This document shows positions 23,340-32,710 of a stretch of 33,180 bases of DNA, one piece after another. The notes beneath the pieces were generated by a model, which saw only the letters and a program-made list of their open reading frames with translations, did no database searches and was not told the origin of the DNA. The stretch comes from a virus (taxonomy: Duplodnaviria; Caudoviricetes): the IMG/VR virus record IMGVR_UViG_3300011337_000101, positions 1 to 33,180 of that record; one strand, written 5' to 3'. The position numbers and the translations under genes were made by a program. The stretch's first letter is position 1; each line of letters starts with the position of its first letter.

Positions 23340-25403
23340 TTAAGGCTGGCCGGCTTTACGCTTGAGCAATTCTTCCATTGCCTTGACTGCGTTGTCTTTG
23401 TTGATGCCACGTAATTCTTCAGCTTTTTCAGCCAATAAATCAAACGCTCTTTGCGCTATTCTGCCACGCGCAATGTCAACGCCAGTACCTAAAGCAGCCT
23501 CGGCAACTTGGCCTTTTAGTGAGGTCTGTGCAGCTGCTCCAAACATTCGATCCAGTTCATTGACAAAGATAAGCTGGTTAATAACATCGTCATCAATTTT
23601 CATGCCGTACTTTGTAGCAGTACGATTGGCTTGGTCAAGAGCATCAACCAGGTTGGCCCGAGTGCCATAGTTGCTGGTCAGCTTACGCATTGCCGTACCT
23701 AACGCTTTATCAGCATTGGGTGAATCAAAGTTGATCTGTGTGCCGGCTGCTTTTTGTAGATCGTCAAGCGTTTGGATTGTGTCCGAATACTTTGTATTTG
23801 CAGATCTGTAGTCAGGAAAACTTTCGCCAAGGGTTTCATTCAGATTGCGACGCAATGTTTTCAGTGTTCTCTCGGCTTGTGCTGTCAGTGGGTTTGCAAG
23901 ATTTCTTTTGCCAAAATCCACTTGAGTATCAATAAAACGCTTGGCCGTGTGAATGCCATAGGCATCAGGCTCTTTAACAGTGCTTAAACGCTCCAGAACC
24001 ATGTTCAAGACACGTTGAGCCTGTCGGTCACCTTGTATGTCAGAACCTTGCAAATTGGCCTTGGCGACCCCGTTTGCATCAAGCTCAACCTTTACGCCTA
24101 AAGTGCCAAGATCATCAAGAAACGTATTGATAGCTGGATCAAAATTTACTGTTCTCCCACGCAACTGGCTGTTGGCAATTTGATTAATATCTTTGCCGGC
24201 TTGCGTATTGGCGTCTGACAGAAATTTAATTCTAGATTCAACTGTGTCACCCAAAATGTCGGCTGGCCTATTCAATGCTCGGAATGCTTCGCGTTTTTCT
24301 CCCATTTTGAAGATGTTCAGCATCTTGGTCATGGCCTGACGATCTTTATCAGATGCAGCCTTGATACTGGCAATCGTGCCATCTTTCCAGCCTTGCCTAA
24401 TGGCATCGGTTGCTTGATTGTCTGGAACAGCTTGTGTGCCTGAAATACGGAAGTTAACAACTTCAGTTGAATCTGGTGCTTTCTGTATTTGATTTTTAAT
24501 CAATTGCTGGCTTTGTGGATCAATTTTCTCTCCAACAGTTGCCACAATGCTTTGCAAAGATTCTTTGGTTGTTGGCGCAGCTGGAGCTTCATAACCAAGA
24601 CGTAGTTGCTCAATCGTTACTGGTTCAAGTCTTTCACGGATACCTGCACCGGCCGGCGCAACTTGTCTTGCTGCTTGTTGAGTTACCGCCCTGGTTGCTG
24701 CCGGGATAGATGGTAGGAAAGCACCGCCAATGGTCGCTGCAATTTGCCCCATAGGGCCGGCACCAGATTCTTTTGCAAGACCACCAGCAGCGCCAGCCGT
24801 AGCGCCACTCAAAGTTTGCAGTCCTGGCGTTGTTGCCATTAACTGACCAACTCCACGGGCAACCGGCCCTGCTGCGGCGGCTTCCAAAGTTTTACCAGCA
24901 GCAACACCACCAGCACCAGCACTAGCACCAGCAGCTGCGGTTTGCATAATGCGTTCTGCCGCTGTGCGAGGTTGGGCTACACCGACACGGGTTAGCAAGT
25001 CTTCCATTGCATCAGTTGGCAATGTGTATCTTGTTCCAAAGAGACTATTAACCCCGCTGACAACTGGGTCAGCAACCAAGCCTGCTAGGGTAGCAGCGCC
25101 GGCACCGGCAATAGCGCCTGGTATTGCACCAACACCAGCAAACGGAGCGCCCATAGCAGCACCCAAGGCAGCGCCAGCAGCAGGCAAAGCTAATCCCCTA
25201 GTGGCTGCACCAGCAAGCCCTGTGGCCGTTGTGGCTGGCACTTGTTGAATGCCGCCATATTGAGCCGCAAGAGCAGCAAGATCAGCAGGGGCTTGACTAG
25301 CTTGTCCTTGGTCTCCACCCATAATGTCAAACGCTGTTTCGGCAGGAACGGGGGTCGTTACTTTTACACCGCCAAATTGTTTTGCAAGTGCTTCGTAATC
25401 CAT
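23340..25403 (-). CDS. DNA ejection protein (gp16 position)
   Basis: 687 aa; Gly/Ala hydrophobic segments followed by a helical region; third of three large genes before the tailspike. Confidence 0.7.
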   Translation of the reverse strand: MDYEALAKQFGGVKVTTPVPAETAFDIMGGDQGQASQAPADLAALAAQYGGIQQVPATTATGLAGAATRGLALPAAGAALGAAMGAPFAGVGAIPGAIAGAGAATLAGLVADPVVSGVNSLFGTRYTLPTDAMEDLLTRVGVAQPRTAAERIMQTAAAGASAGAGGVAAGKTLEAAAAGPVARGVGQLMATTPGLQTLSGATAGAAGGLAKESGAGPMGQIAATIGGAFLPSIPAATRAVTQQAARQVAPAGAGIRERLEPVTIEQLRLGYEAPAAPTTKESLQSIVATVGEKIDPQSQQLIKNQIQKAPDSTEVVNFRISGTQAVPDNQATDAIRQGWKDGTIASIKAASDKDRQAMTKMLNIFKMGEKREAFRALNRPADILGDTVESRIKFLSDANTQAGKDINQIANSQLRGRTVNFDPAINTFLDDLGTLGVKVELDANGVAKANLQGSDIQGDRQAQRVLNMVLERLSTVKEPDAYGIHTAKRFIDTQVDFGKRNLANPLTAQAERTLKTLRRNLNETLGESFPDYRSANTKYSDTIQTLDDLQKAAGTQINFDSPNADKALGTAMRKLTSNYGTRANLVDALDQANRTATKYGMKIDDDVINQLIFVNELDRMFGAAAQTSLKGQVAEAALGTGVDIARGRIAQRAFDLLAEKAEELRGINKDNAVKAMEELLKRKAGQP

Positions 25404-27064
25404 TATCTAATCCCTGCACGTTGTTTGAAAGCATCGGCTTCGACTTTGGTTGCAAATTTATAGCTTGCTCCATTTGGCAAAGTAACGGTAACCTCTTGTC
25501 TTGCTGGAACATCCAAAGCAGGAGTCTGTAAACCTGAACGATCTGCAAGATTTTTTCTTGCTTTTTCCATCAAGCGAACTGCTTCATTTACATTTTCAAT
25601 AAGTCGTGCTGGGGACTGTTTCAGACCCAAATTCTGCACAGACGCTTGCAATTTATCGCCTTCTTTTTCAGAGAGAGCGCCAGCACCTTTGATTTTTGGT
25701 ATTTGAGCAATAAATACTTGTGATCCAAGAGTTTCAACCAATGATTCAAAATCAGCAACATCTTGGTTGGTGGTTGGAAGTCTTGATGCTATTGGCCCAG
25801 TTGCAGATTCAACAATCTTTATCGGTGTCTGCTTAATTCGTTCAGCGGTGTTTAGGAAATTGTCAATGTCTGCCACTTGACTATTGAATGTTGCCGTTTG
25901 TTCTCTAGCAGCTGCATCTCGCGTTGCTTGTGCGTCTTTAATTCTTTGCTCTAGTTCTTGCCGTTTTAGAGCGTTTGTTTCTTTGGATATTGCTGCGTTT
26001 AAGGCTGCAATACGAGCGTTTTCTTTGTTGATTAATATGTCTGCTTCTGTCTTCTTGATGGTTGCAGCTTTTGCCTGTGCTTCTAAAACAGCATCAGACC
26101 TAGCAAATTCCGCTACAACTTTTGCTTTTTCGGCTTGCGCTCTTGTCAGTGCTGCATCAGCGGCTGCTTTTTCTAGTGAATTTGCAGCGGTAGATTGGGC
26201 CGTCTTTGCATCTGCTACAGCACGGTCTGCATCTGCTATTGCTTTTTCTGCCCTTCCTTTTGCCTCAATAAGTGCGCTTGGTTCTAAGGCTACAGCCCTT
26301 GCTTCACCGCCAACACTTGCGGCAGTCAATGCACGCTCTTTTTCAACCTGTGCGACACGAAGGTCTTGTTCTGCTGCTAAACGGGCAGGTGTGCCTTTTG
26401 CTTCGTCTAATTTCTTTTGCGCATCCGCTACAGCTGCATCTGCCTTGGCTATTGATTCTTTCAGTGCGCTTGGTGCTAGTGCTTCAAGCCTGCTCGTTGA
26501 TAGTGTCTTGTCGATGTTTTCAAACATCTCTTTTGCACCAGGCATTGATGAAATGATGTACGTCAGACCTTTGAAAGCAATTTCTGGCCCTTGTTTTTCA
26601 GCAGTGTCGGCCATGCGTTCGTACAACGAAGCCTCTTGCTCGTCACCAGATGTGCGTTCGGCCAATGCGCGTTCTCGTAACAGTCTGATGCCTGCTGGTG
26701 GATCGGTTTGCAGGGCAGACAACACTTGACCATTGAACCGTAAAACACCTTGCTGCTGTTCTTTGCTGACGCCTTCAATGTATGGTCTGATTGCATCCGC
26801 CTGATCTTTTGGAAGAATTGATGCAAATGTCAGAGCATCTCGCATGGTTGGCTTTGGATTTGCCAAAAATGTGTCGCGTGCTGTAGCAATCTGTTGTTGC
26901 TGTTGCATTTGTTGCGCCAGCTGCTGCTGTTTGGCAAGTGCAAGTTGCTGCGCTTGTTGTTGCGCTCGTTGGTTGGCAGCATAGGTTTCACCCAGCTGCA
27001 TACCGGCCACAGCCTGGGCAAATGGATCTTGGATGCCTTGAAAATAGTTGATTGGCTGAACCAT
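25403..27064 (-). CDS. DNA ejection protein (gp20 position)
   Basis: 553 aa; QPINY start, Gln-rich, Ala-rich coiled coil, GALSE.EG motif. Confidence 0.7.
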   Translation of the reverse strand: MVQPINYFQGIQDPFAQAVAGMQLGETYAANQRAQQQAQQLALAKQQQLAQQMQQQQQIATARDTFLANPKPTMRDALTFASILPKDQADAIRPYIEGVSKEQQQGVLRFNGQVLSALQTDPPAGIRLLRERALAERTSGDEQEASLYERMADTAEKQGPEIAFKGLTYIISSMPGAKEMFENIDKTLSTSRLEALAPSALKESIAKADAAVADAQKKLDEAKGTPARLAAEQDLRVAQVEKERALTAASVGGEARAVALEPSALIEAKGRAEKAIADADRAVADAKTAQSTAANSLEKAAADAALTRAQAEKAKVVAEFARSDAVLEAQAKAATIKKTEADILINKENARIAALNAAISKETNALKRQELEQRIKDAQATRDAAAREQTATFNSQVADIDNFLNTAERIKQTPIKIVESATGPIASRLPTTNQDVADFESLVETLGSQVFIAQIPKIKGAGALSEKEGDKLQASVQNLGLKQSPARLIENVNEAVRLMEKARKNLADRSGLQTPALDVPARQEVTVTLPNGASYKFATKVEADAFKQRAGIR

Positions 27065-27984
27065 TAGAACATCCCTCTTTCTTGATCAGCAAGCATTGAA
27101 GTTTGCTGGCTACCAATGTTTGTGCCGTAGCCAAATGCTGCGCCTAAATTACCAAGTTGGCCGGCCATTCCAGAAAATGGATTTGTTCCAAGTCCTTGGC
27201 CTGATGTTTGACCAAAACCAAAAGCAGCAGGAACGCCGCCAAATGCTTGTTGCTGTCCCATGATGCCGCCAGCTTCTGCTGCACCTCGTTGGCCCATCAG
27301 GTTTGCAATGTTTGCTCCAGTGTTTAATCCAGCTGTTCCAACACCAGCCGCTGACGCCTGGCCAAGTCGTGCAAGTTCACCAGTTGCCCCCATGCCTGCC
27401 GTTGCAAGATTTTGCGCTACCGTGCCGCCTGTTGCTGCTAAACCGCCAAGCCTGCCATATTGCTGGTTGATCAATTCATTTAGCAATCGTGGGCGGTACT
27501 CCGCGAGGGCGCCCTGAAGATTGCCGCCACGCAGTCCACCAGTAGCTGATGCGTTTTGCAGCAATGCGTTTTCACCTTGCCGAGACATGGCTTGAAACTG
27601 CTGACCGCCCTCGATGCCTGCTATGGCTGCACGCTGTGCTTCCGGGCCTCTGAGACCGATTAAAGCCTGCTGCTGCTCAAGTGCTGGTGCGCCGGCCTGT
27701 GCGTATTGTTGAAGTGCTGGCAATGCTCCTGCGCCAGCTTGTTGGTATGGTGAGTAACCACCTAATGCCCCAGCGCCAGCTTGCACGTATGGGGATAGTG
27801 TTTCTCGCATCAGATCAAACTGACGCCGCTGTTCATCAATGCCGCCTTGCGCTGCACCTTGCTGGGCTTGTGATGCACTGCTGGATGCTTGGCTACCCTC
27901 AATAGCGCCACCGATAGCAGCACCAATGGCTGGCGCACCAAAAAATGAACCAGCAACGCCGCCTAAAACACTTAGTAAACCCAT
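27064..27984 (-). CDS. DNA transfer protein (gp7-like)
   Basis: AI.EQRRQFD...L.PY..AG and GENA.LQNASATGGLRGGN.Q.ALA motifs. Confidence 0.85.
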   Translation of the reverse strand: MGLLSVLGGVAGSFFGAPAIGAAIGGAIEGSQASSSASQAQQGAAQGGIDEQRRQFDLMRETLSPYVQAGAGALGGYSPYQQAGAGALPALQQYAQAGAPALEQQQALIGLRGPEAQRAAIAGIEGGQQFQAMSRQGENALLQNASATGGLRGGNLQGALAEYRPRLLNELINQQYGRLGGLAATGGTVAQNLATAGMGATGELARLGQASAAGVGTAGLNTGANIANLMGQRGAAEAGGIMGQQQAFGGVPAAFGFGQTSGQGLGTNPFSGMAGQLGNLGAAFGYGTNIGSQQTSMLADQERGMF

Positions 27985-28000
27985 ATCAACACCTCAATTT

Positions 28001-28035
28001 CTTGGATGCCGCTGGTAGCAAGTTTCTCAGCAGCA
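28001..28035 (-). promoter_or_regulatory. Hairpin or possible pseudoknot in the gp7 leader
   Basis: TGCTGCTG-13 nt-CAGCGGCA stem; loop CTTG is complementary to downstream CAAG, just before the GAGGT RBS. Confidence 0.4.
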
Positions 28036-28051
28036 GAATTTTCGCACATAT

Positions 28052-28447
28052 TCAATCCTCAGACTCGCGCTCTTCCCAGGCTTGGCAGGATCGCAGATCA
28101 TGGCAGATGAAATCAAACTTTTCGCAGTAACCGCGAAACCCTGCGTTGGTGTCCCAATCATTGCGGGGGATGCGCTCCATCTTGGCCTGGGTCATGGTGC
28201 TGTTGTCGTAATACTCGCAATTGCTGCACCGCCTACGACGCGCTTCCTGCTCATTAACCTGCATAGCCTTACCAAGTGCCACCCAGTAGGTTTTGTTCGC
28301 TCCTGGCTCGTTTGATGGCTTCTCAGGGCCAAGCATCCAATCATCAATCACCACCTGAGTGTTTTTCTTGTTCTCGGCCGTAGTGATGAATTCATCGTCC
28401 ATCGGCAGGCCGGCAAAGCCTTTTGGAATCATCATAAATTCTTTCAT
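28052..28447 (-). CDS. Cys-rich hypothetical protein
   Basis: 131 aa; CSNCEYY...GYC....FIC....SC..W; AAGGA RBS. Confidence 0.75.
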   Translation of the reverse strand: MKEFMMIPKGFAGLPMDDEFITTAENKKNTQVVIDDWMLGPEKPSNEPGANKTYWVALGKAMQVNEQEARRRRCSNCEYYDNSTMTQAKMERIPRNDWDTNAGFRGYCEKFDFICHDLRSCQAWEERESED

Positions 28448-28456
28448 GGCAATCCT

Positions 28457-28792
28457 TTAAGTGATTTCGCGGCCTGATGCGCGAATGGTCAACGATGTGG
28501 CTGCACTGGCAATGGTTGAAATGAAACCACTCTGCTCCAGCGCCTGGCCAACCAATTCTGGGAAGGTATAGGTCTCATCCGGTGCAATGCTGCGGGTATC
28601 AACAATCAGGTTTGATGTAGCCGCACTTCCACCGCTGGTCACCAGGTTAACGCTGATCGTCACGTTGCCGGCCGTGGTGTTGGTGGCTGTGAACTTGTCA
28701 ATCAGAGCCTTGCAGTTGGTGGCGGTGTACTGCGTAGTCTGCGCATTTTCGGCTTGCTTTGCTGGAATCAGCACCTTGATTGATACGGTCAT
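28457..28792 (-). CDS. Hypothetical beta-sandwich virion protein
   Basis: 111 aa; IDKFT.TN, ETYTFPELVGQ.L and IRASGREI; AGGAG RBS. Confidence 0.75.
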   Translation of the reverse strand: MTVSIKVLIPAKQAENAQTTQYTATNCKALIDKFTATNTTAGNVTISVNLVTSGGSAATSNLIVDTRSIAPDETYTFPELVGQALEQSGFISTIASAATSLTIRASGREIT

Positions 28793-28803
28793 TTTGAATG
28801 CTC

Positions 28804-29364
28804 CTAAACGATGTTTGTGATGATGCCATTGACAACGCTGATTGTTTTTGGCGGTATGTCTGCTGTAGTAAAACTGCCAGACACTCCAATTATTGACGCT
28901 GGCGCTACAGAAACCAATGCTAGTTCTTGGGCAATACGCTCAACTTCATCCAAAGCCTGTTGAACTTTTGTTGTCAAAACCGCATCGTTAACAGCGGTGT
29001 CTTGCGCCAATTGAATCAACGTATCTAAAGCCTGTTGCGCTTTAGCATTTAGCACTGCGTCATTAACTGCCGCATCTTGCGCCAGCAAACTAACTTGATC
29101 CAGCGCCTGTTGCACCTTTGCATTCAAAACAGCATCATCGACTGCGGTGTCTTGAGCCAGTGCGCTGATCTGCGCTAGTGCGTTATTTGCTGCTGCGGCT
29201 GCGTTGTCTGCTTGGTATTCAAAGTCAGTGCCGACGATCACTTGTAAGGTGTCGACCGTAGAAAACAACAACTCAAACTGTCGGATCTGCTGCTGGTCGG
29301 TCAAGAACGCCGCAAGCTGGTCTCGCGTCAGATTTAGTCTGCGTGATGCTGGAGCAGTGGCCAT
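28804..29364 (-). CDS. Tail needle-like protein (gp26 position)
   Basis: Follows gp10; coiled coil with 25-aa repeats; C-terminal VSGSFTTAD..KTI.V.NGIIT.I tip resembling gp26. Confidence 0.7.
   Translation of the reverse strand: MATAPASRRLNLTRDQLAAFLTDQQQIRQFELLFSTVDTLQVIVGTDFEYQADNAAAAANNALAQISALAQDTAVDDAVLNAKVQQALDQVSLLAQDAAVNDAVLNAKAQQALDTLIQLAQDTAVNDAVLTTKVQQALDEVERIAQELALVSVAPASIIGVSGSFTTADIPPKTISVVNGIITNIV
28948..29172 (-). repeat. 75-bp / 25-aa coding repeat, 3 copies
   Basis: QISALAQDTAVDDAVLNAKVQQALD / QVSLLAQDAAVNDAVLNAKAQQALD / TLIQLAQDTAVNDAVLTTKVQQALD. Confidence 0.9.
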
Positions 29365-30767
29365 CAGTACGCCAAGGGTTCTAGTTGCGCTTCCAGGCGC
29401 ATGAATGAAATGTGTGCATCACTATCGCCACGGAATCGCTGAATGCGCCAGTTGCGCATATGGCCTTGCTGAAACCATGCCAAGCGTTTGTTGGCTCCGG
29501 TAGTGCCGACGCTGACGCTACGGTCTTGGCTCCATGATTTTCCATTTATGCTGTAGCTGGTGCTGATCTGAGGATTTGTGCCAAGCGCCACGCTGCCGGT
29601 AAGTGCCACCAGTTCCAGGCGGTTGAAGATAGCGCCATTGCCTTCGTTGTAGACAATCTCGGTGCCAAACTCCCATCTCACTTGCTGGCCGTAGTGGTGG
29701 CTGGTGTCTTGCACCATGTAGCCCACATTGGTTGACTGTGGATCACCAATCAGCCATTTGTTGTAGGCCCAAACAAAGTTTTGAGCGCGGTACTGTGAGA
29801 ACCCGACCGTTGTGCTTGTCAAGATGAACCAGACTTGCGCACCAAGTTCTTGCGTTGCAGTAGCGTCGAACACCAGTGTTTTATCAGGCAAGTGAACGTA
29901 CAGATGCTGATGATTCTTGTCGTTGCGTGACTCCAGCTTGACCAGCGCCAGCTGCGCCTCGGTGTAGTTCAACAAGATGTTATCAATCTCTTGCGTGCTG
30001 ATCTTTGTCGTGTTTGCCGATACACCCAAGAATATGCCTGGTGCCTCATTGCGGCTGCTGCCAAGAAAAGCCATGCTGTCAACAAACACACAGCAGCCTT
30101 GCGTGCCAATTGCGCCCCGTGGGATTTGTGCGCCATCAATGCGCTGAAACGGAAACAGATCACCGCCTACGTTGTCAAAGACCTCGATGGTGTGGCGATT
30201 GAGTGCATAGACCTCGTTGCGCAGCTTGAGCAATGCCACAACTGGATCTGGGTCAACCTCAGAACTGCCGTATTTCAGCGGGTTAACCACAAATGGGTCG
30301 CTTAACTCTGTAACGATTAGAAATTCGCCATCAGTGGTCATGAAATAACCGTCAACCCAGCAAACGTCAACAACCACGCCCAAGTCTGGATCCGTTACCT
30401 GTGCCAAGACTGAGGTGGACGGATTCCAATAGAACAGGTTTCCGTTTGATGCAATGGCGAGCAAATCAAAGCTGTAATCGAAGATGACTTGATTGGTTCC
30501 ACCAACGTCACCCAAAACAGTCACTGTGCCATCACTGGCTACCGTCACCAGCTTTGTCCCCATTACCCGGTAGCAGACTCCATTCCACTCAATGCCGCCA
30601 CGGTCAATGCCTGGGCCTGTGCCGTTGGCTACCAGACCGTCACCAGGACGCAAGAATCCATTGCTGATCCCACTCTTTTTCGGAACTGGAACCATGTTCA
30701 CCGGATAAGTGGTGCGCAGTTCTGGAGTGTTATCAGCGTAGATTCCGCTAAGAATGGGGATTTGCAT
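29364..30767 (-). CDS. Packaged-DNA stabilisation / tail hub protein (P22 gp10 family)
   Basis: 467 aa; MQIPIL.G, YPVNMVP, YRVMGTKL, DGYF and Y.S.E.DPD motifs. Confidence 0.88.
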   Translation of the reverse strand: MQIPILSGIYADNTPELRTTYPVNMVPVPKKSGISNGFLRPGDGLVANGTGPGIDRGGIEWNGVCYRVMGTKLVTVASDGTVTVLGDVGGTNQVIFDYSFDLLAIASNGNLFYWNPSTSVLAQVTDPDLGVVVDVCWVDGYFMTTDGEFLIVTELSDPFVVNPLKYGSSEVDPDPVVALLKLRNEVYALNRHTIEVFDNVGGDLFPFQRIDGAQIPRGAIGTQGCCVFVDSMAFLGSSRNEAPGIFLGVSANTTKISTQEIDNILLNYTEAQLALVKLESRNDKNHQHLYVHLPDKTLVFDATATQELGAQVWFILTSTTVGFSQYRAQNFVWAYNKWLIGDPQSTNVGYMVQDTSHHYGQQVRWEFGTEIVYNEGNGAIFNRLELVALTGSVALGTNPQISTSYSINGKSWSQDRSVSVGTTGANKRLAWFQQGHMRNWRIQRFRGDSDAHISFMRLEAQLEPLAY

Positions 30768-30770
30768 GGC

Positions 30771-31034
30771 TTACCACTTAACCTTGTTGGCCCAATATGC
30801 TGCGCTCATCTTGCCCTTGGATATATTCTCAGCGTGACGGGCTTTGAATGCTTCGTTTCGCTTGGAACCTTCTGGTGATCCTTTGACGCCTTGCTGACCA
30901 AATCGGATAGTCTTGGTTTCGTCACCGACCTTGGCCACAACAACATGGCTTTTGGTTGGATGCGATGGCGTGCGTTTGGGCTTGTTATAGCCTTCGACGC
31001 CAGCGCGTGCTAACCGAGTGTCCTTGGTTGCCAT
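30771..31034 (-). CDS. Small basic conserved phage protein
   Basis: 87 aa; NKPKRTP.H..KSH.V, IRFGQQG, FKARH and SAAYWA motifs. Confidence 0.8.
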   Translation of the reverse strand: MATKDTRLARAGVEGYNKPKRTPSHPTKSHVVVAKVGDETKTIRFGQQGVKGSPEGSKRNEAFKARHAENISKGKMSAAYWANKVKW

Positions 31035-31036
31035 TG

Positions 31037-32230
31037 TCAGAACAGAACGTGCATATTGAAGTATTCCAACCGCACCAGATTGTTTGCCGTGGCCGGCTGC
31101 GCAGTGATTGCAAAAGTCTGACTTGCTGTCGCGTCAACAGCCAGCGTGACATTGGCAGCAGTTGATACGCCGTGGCCGGTGGCGGCAACAGGGTTTGACA
31201 TGATCACAGAGTTGCCACGGTTAACCAGGTTCTTTTGAACGTTCGCGCTTGTATTGCTGGCTGCGGACAAAGTAAAGATTGCCGTTCCACCAAACGTCAT
31301 ACTCAAATTCTTGGCCGTTGCGTTGTTTGTCATTGTGAACAGAGCATCAATTTCCATTTCACCACCGACGCCCATTGACCAACCAGGGACGGTTGCAGAT
31401 GCCAATGTGACAACTGTATTGGCTACAGCGACAACTGCGGTTCCATACCAGACCAAAGCAGTCTGAACGCCACTTTGCGTGCCGCTTGTGGTGATGGCTG
31501 CACCGCCTGCGGATGACGACACAGTGAATGTGTTGGGCGACAACACGGTCTTGACATAGTACGTGGTGTTGATGGCCAAGCCAGTTGGCAATGCGCCAGT
31601 GGTTGTAAATCGAATCGTGTCGTTGGCAGACAAGCCATGATCTGTCCAAGATACCACGCCAGGAACAGCAATGGTGATCGTCACTGTTGAACTAATGTAA
31701 GCCAGATCAATGGTGACTGCTGTGCCGGTGGTGTCAGTGTCCAATGCTGTGACTGGATACAAGCCGGTTACGCCTGTGCCGCCAGTCCATGTTGCATAAA
31801 CGCTTGCACCAACTGCAATAGCTGCTGTCAGACCATGAGCGCCAGCACTGTTCAGGCGAACCTTGCCGGTGTTGTTGTCGTAGGTCAAGGTTGTAAAGGT
31901 TGCAGCAGGTTCCACCAAGCTGACAGGCCCAATGTTGCCAAACACCAATGCAGGGAAGCTGCGTAGCTGTGGGCTTGCGCCAATGTCATATTCAACCGTG
32001 GCGTTTCGATTCTGAATGCGAATGGTGCGCTCTTCGCCATAAGGCCCAAACGTCTGCGCAGTATTGGAAAGCGTGCCGAGCGTTGTGTAGTTCCAGGGCT
32101 GTGCGCCTGGTGTTACTGATTGAAGCAGGACGGTCGTTTTCTCGTTGCCGGTGTTGCTGATGCTGATGTACTCATTGATCGGCAGAATCACATCAACTTG
32201 ATTTTGAGTCAGACTTGGCTGGATGAACAT
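31037..32230 (-). CDS. Multi-domain putative virion structural protein
   Basis: 397 aa, Thr-rich; contains the HGL...D.I.FTTTGALPTGL...TTYYV beta module common in phage structural proteins; AGGAG RBS. Confidence 0.7.
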   Translation of the reverse strand: MFIQPSLTQNQVDVILPINEYISISNTGNEKTTVLLQSVTPGAQPWNYTTLGTLSNTAQTFGPYGEERTIRIQNRNATVEYDIGASPQLRSFPALVFGNIGPVSLVEPAATFTTLTYDNNTGKVRLNSAGAHGLTAAIAVGASVYATWTGGTGVTGLYPVTALDTDTTGTAVTIDLAYISSTVTITIAVPGVVSWTDHGLSANDTIRFTTTGALPTGLAINTTYYVKTVLSPNTFTVSSSAGGAAITTSGTQSGVQTALVWYGTAVVAVANTVVTLASATVPGWSMGVGGEMEIDALFTMTNNATAKNLSMTFGGTAIFTLSAASNTSANVQKNLVNRGNSVIMSNPVAATGHGVSTAANVTLAVDATASQTFAITAQPATANNLVRLEYFNMHVLF

Positions 32231-32245
32231 GATGGCTCCTAAAAA

Positions 32246-32701
32246 TTAAGCGACGCGATACCAGGAATTTGTGGCTTGGTAAAAACGCATGGTGAAAAAC
32301 TCACCAGCGGCTAAAGTGGTTGGCGCACCAAATGACGCAGCAGCACCGTTCAGCGCCAGCGTGAAAGCAGTTATGGCCTGAGTTGTCGTAACCAGCACTT
32401 GAGTGCCATCGGCCACGCCAGTATTCAACGGCAGTGTGATCGTGCCAGTAGCCAGCACGCCGGCCGGCTGCAAGAGCATCCACTGTTGCTCACTGACTGG
32501 CGTCGGTACGGTGATGTTAAAGCCTGCACCTGGCGTGTACAGATTTGTTGAGACGGTCGGGGCAGCAAATGTGCTTTGGAAGTACGTCAGCAGCTGGGTG
32601 ATCGAAACCTTGCGTGCGTCTCCGTTGTTTGGCACATAGATCGGCAGCAGGTCACCGCCTGAAACTTGGCTTAAGCCTGCGAGTTGGTTGATTGTTGGCA
32701 T
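32246..32701 (-). CDS. Putative virion protein
   Basis: 151 aa; MPTINQL...GDARK.S, L.PAG.LA.GTITLP, ends WYRV. Confidence 0.75.
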   Translation of the reverse strand: MPTINQLAGLSQVSGGDLLPIYVPNNGDARKVSITQLLTYFQSTFAAPTVSTNLYTPGAGFNITVPTPVSEQQWMLLQPAGVLATGTITLPLNTGVADGTQVLVTTTQAITAFTLALNGAAASFGAPTTLAAGEFFTMRFYQATNSWYRVA

Positions 32702-32710
32702 GATCCGTCC

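Noticed and set aside
25884-26729. 281-aa plus-strand ORF and similar antisense ORFs across the structural genes
   Set aside because: Ser/Ala-rich mirror frames of well-supported minus-strand genes, with no RBS or motifs
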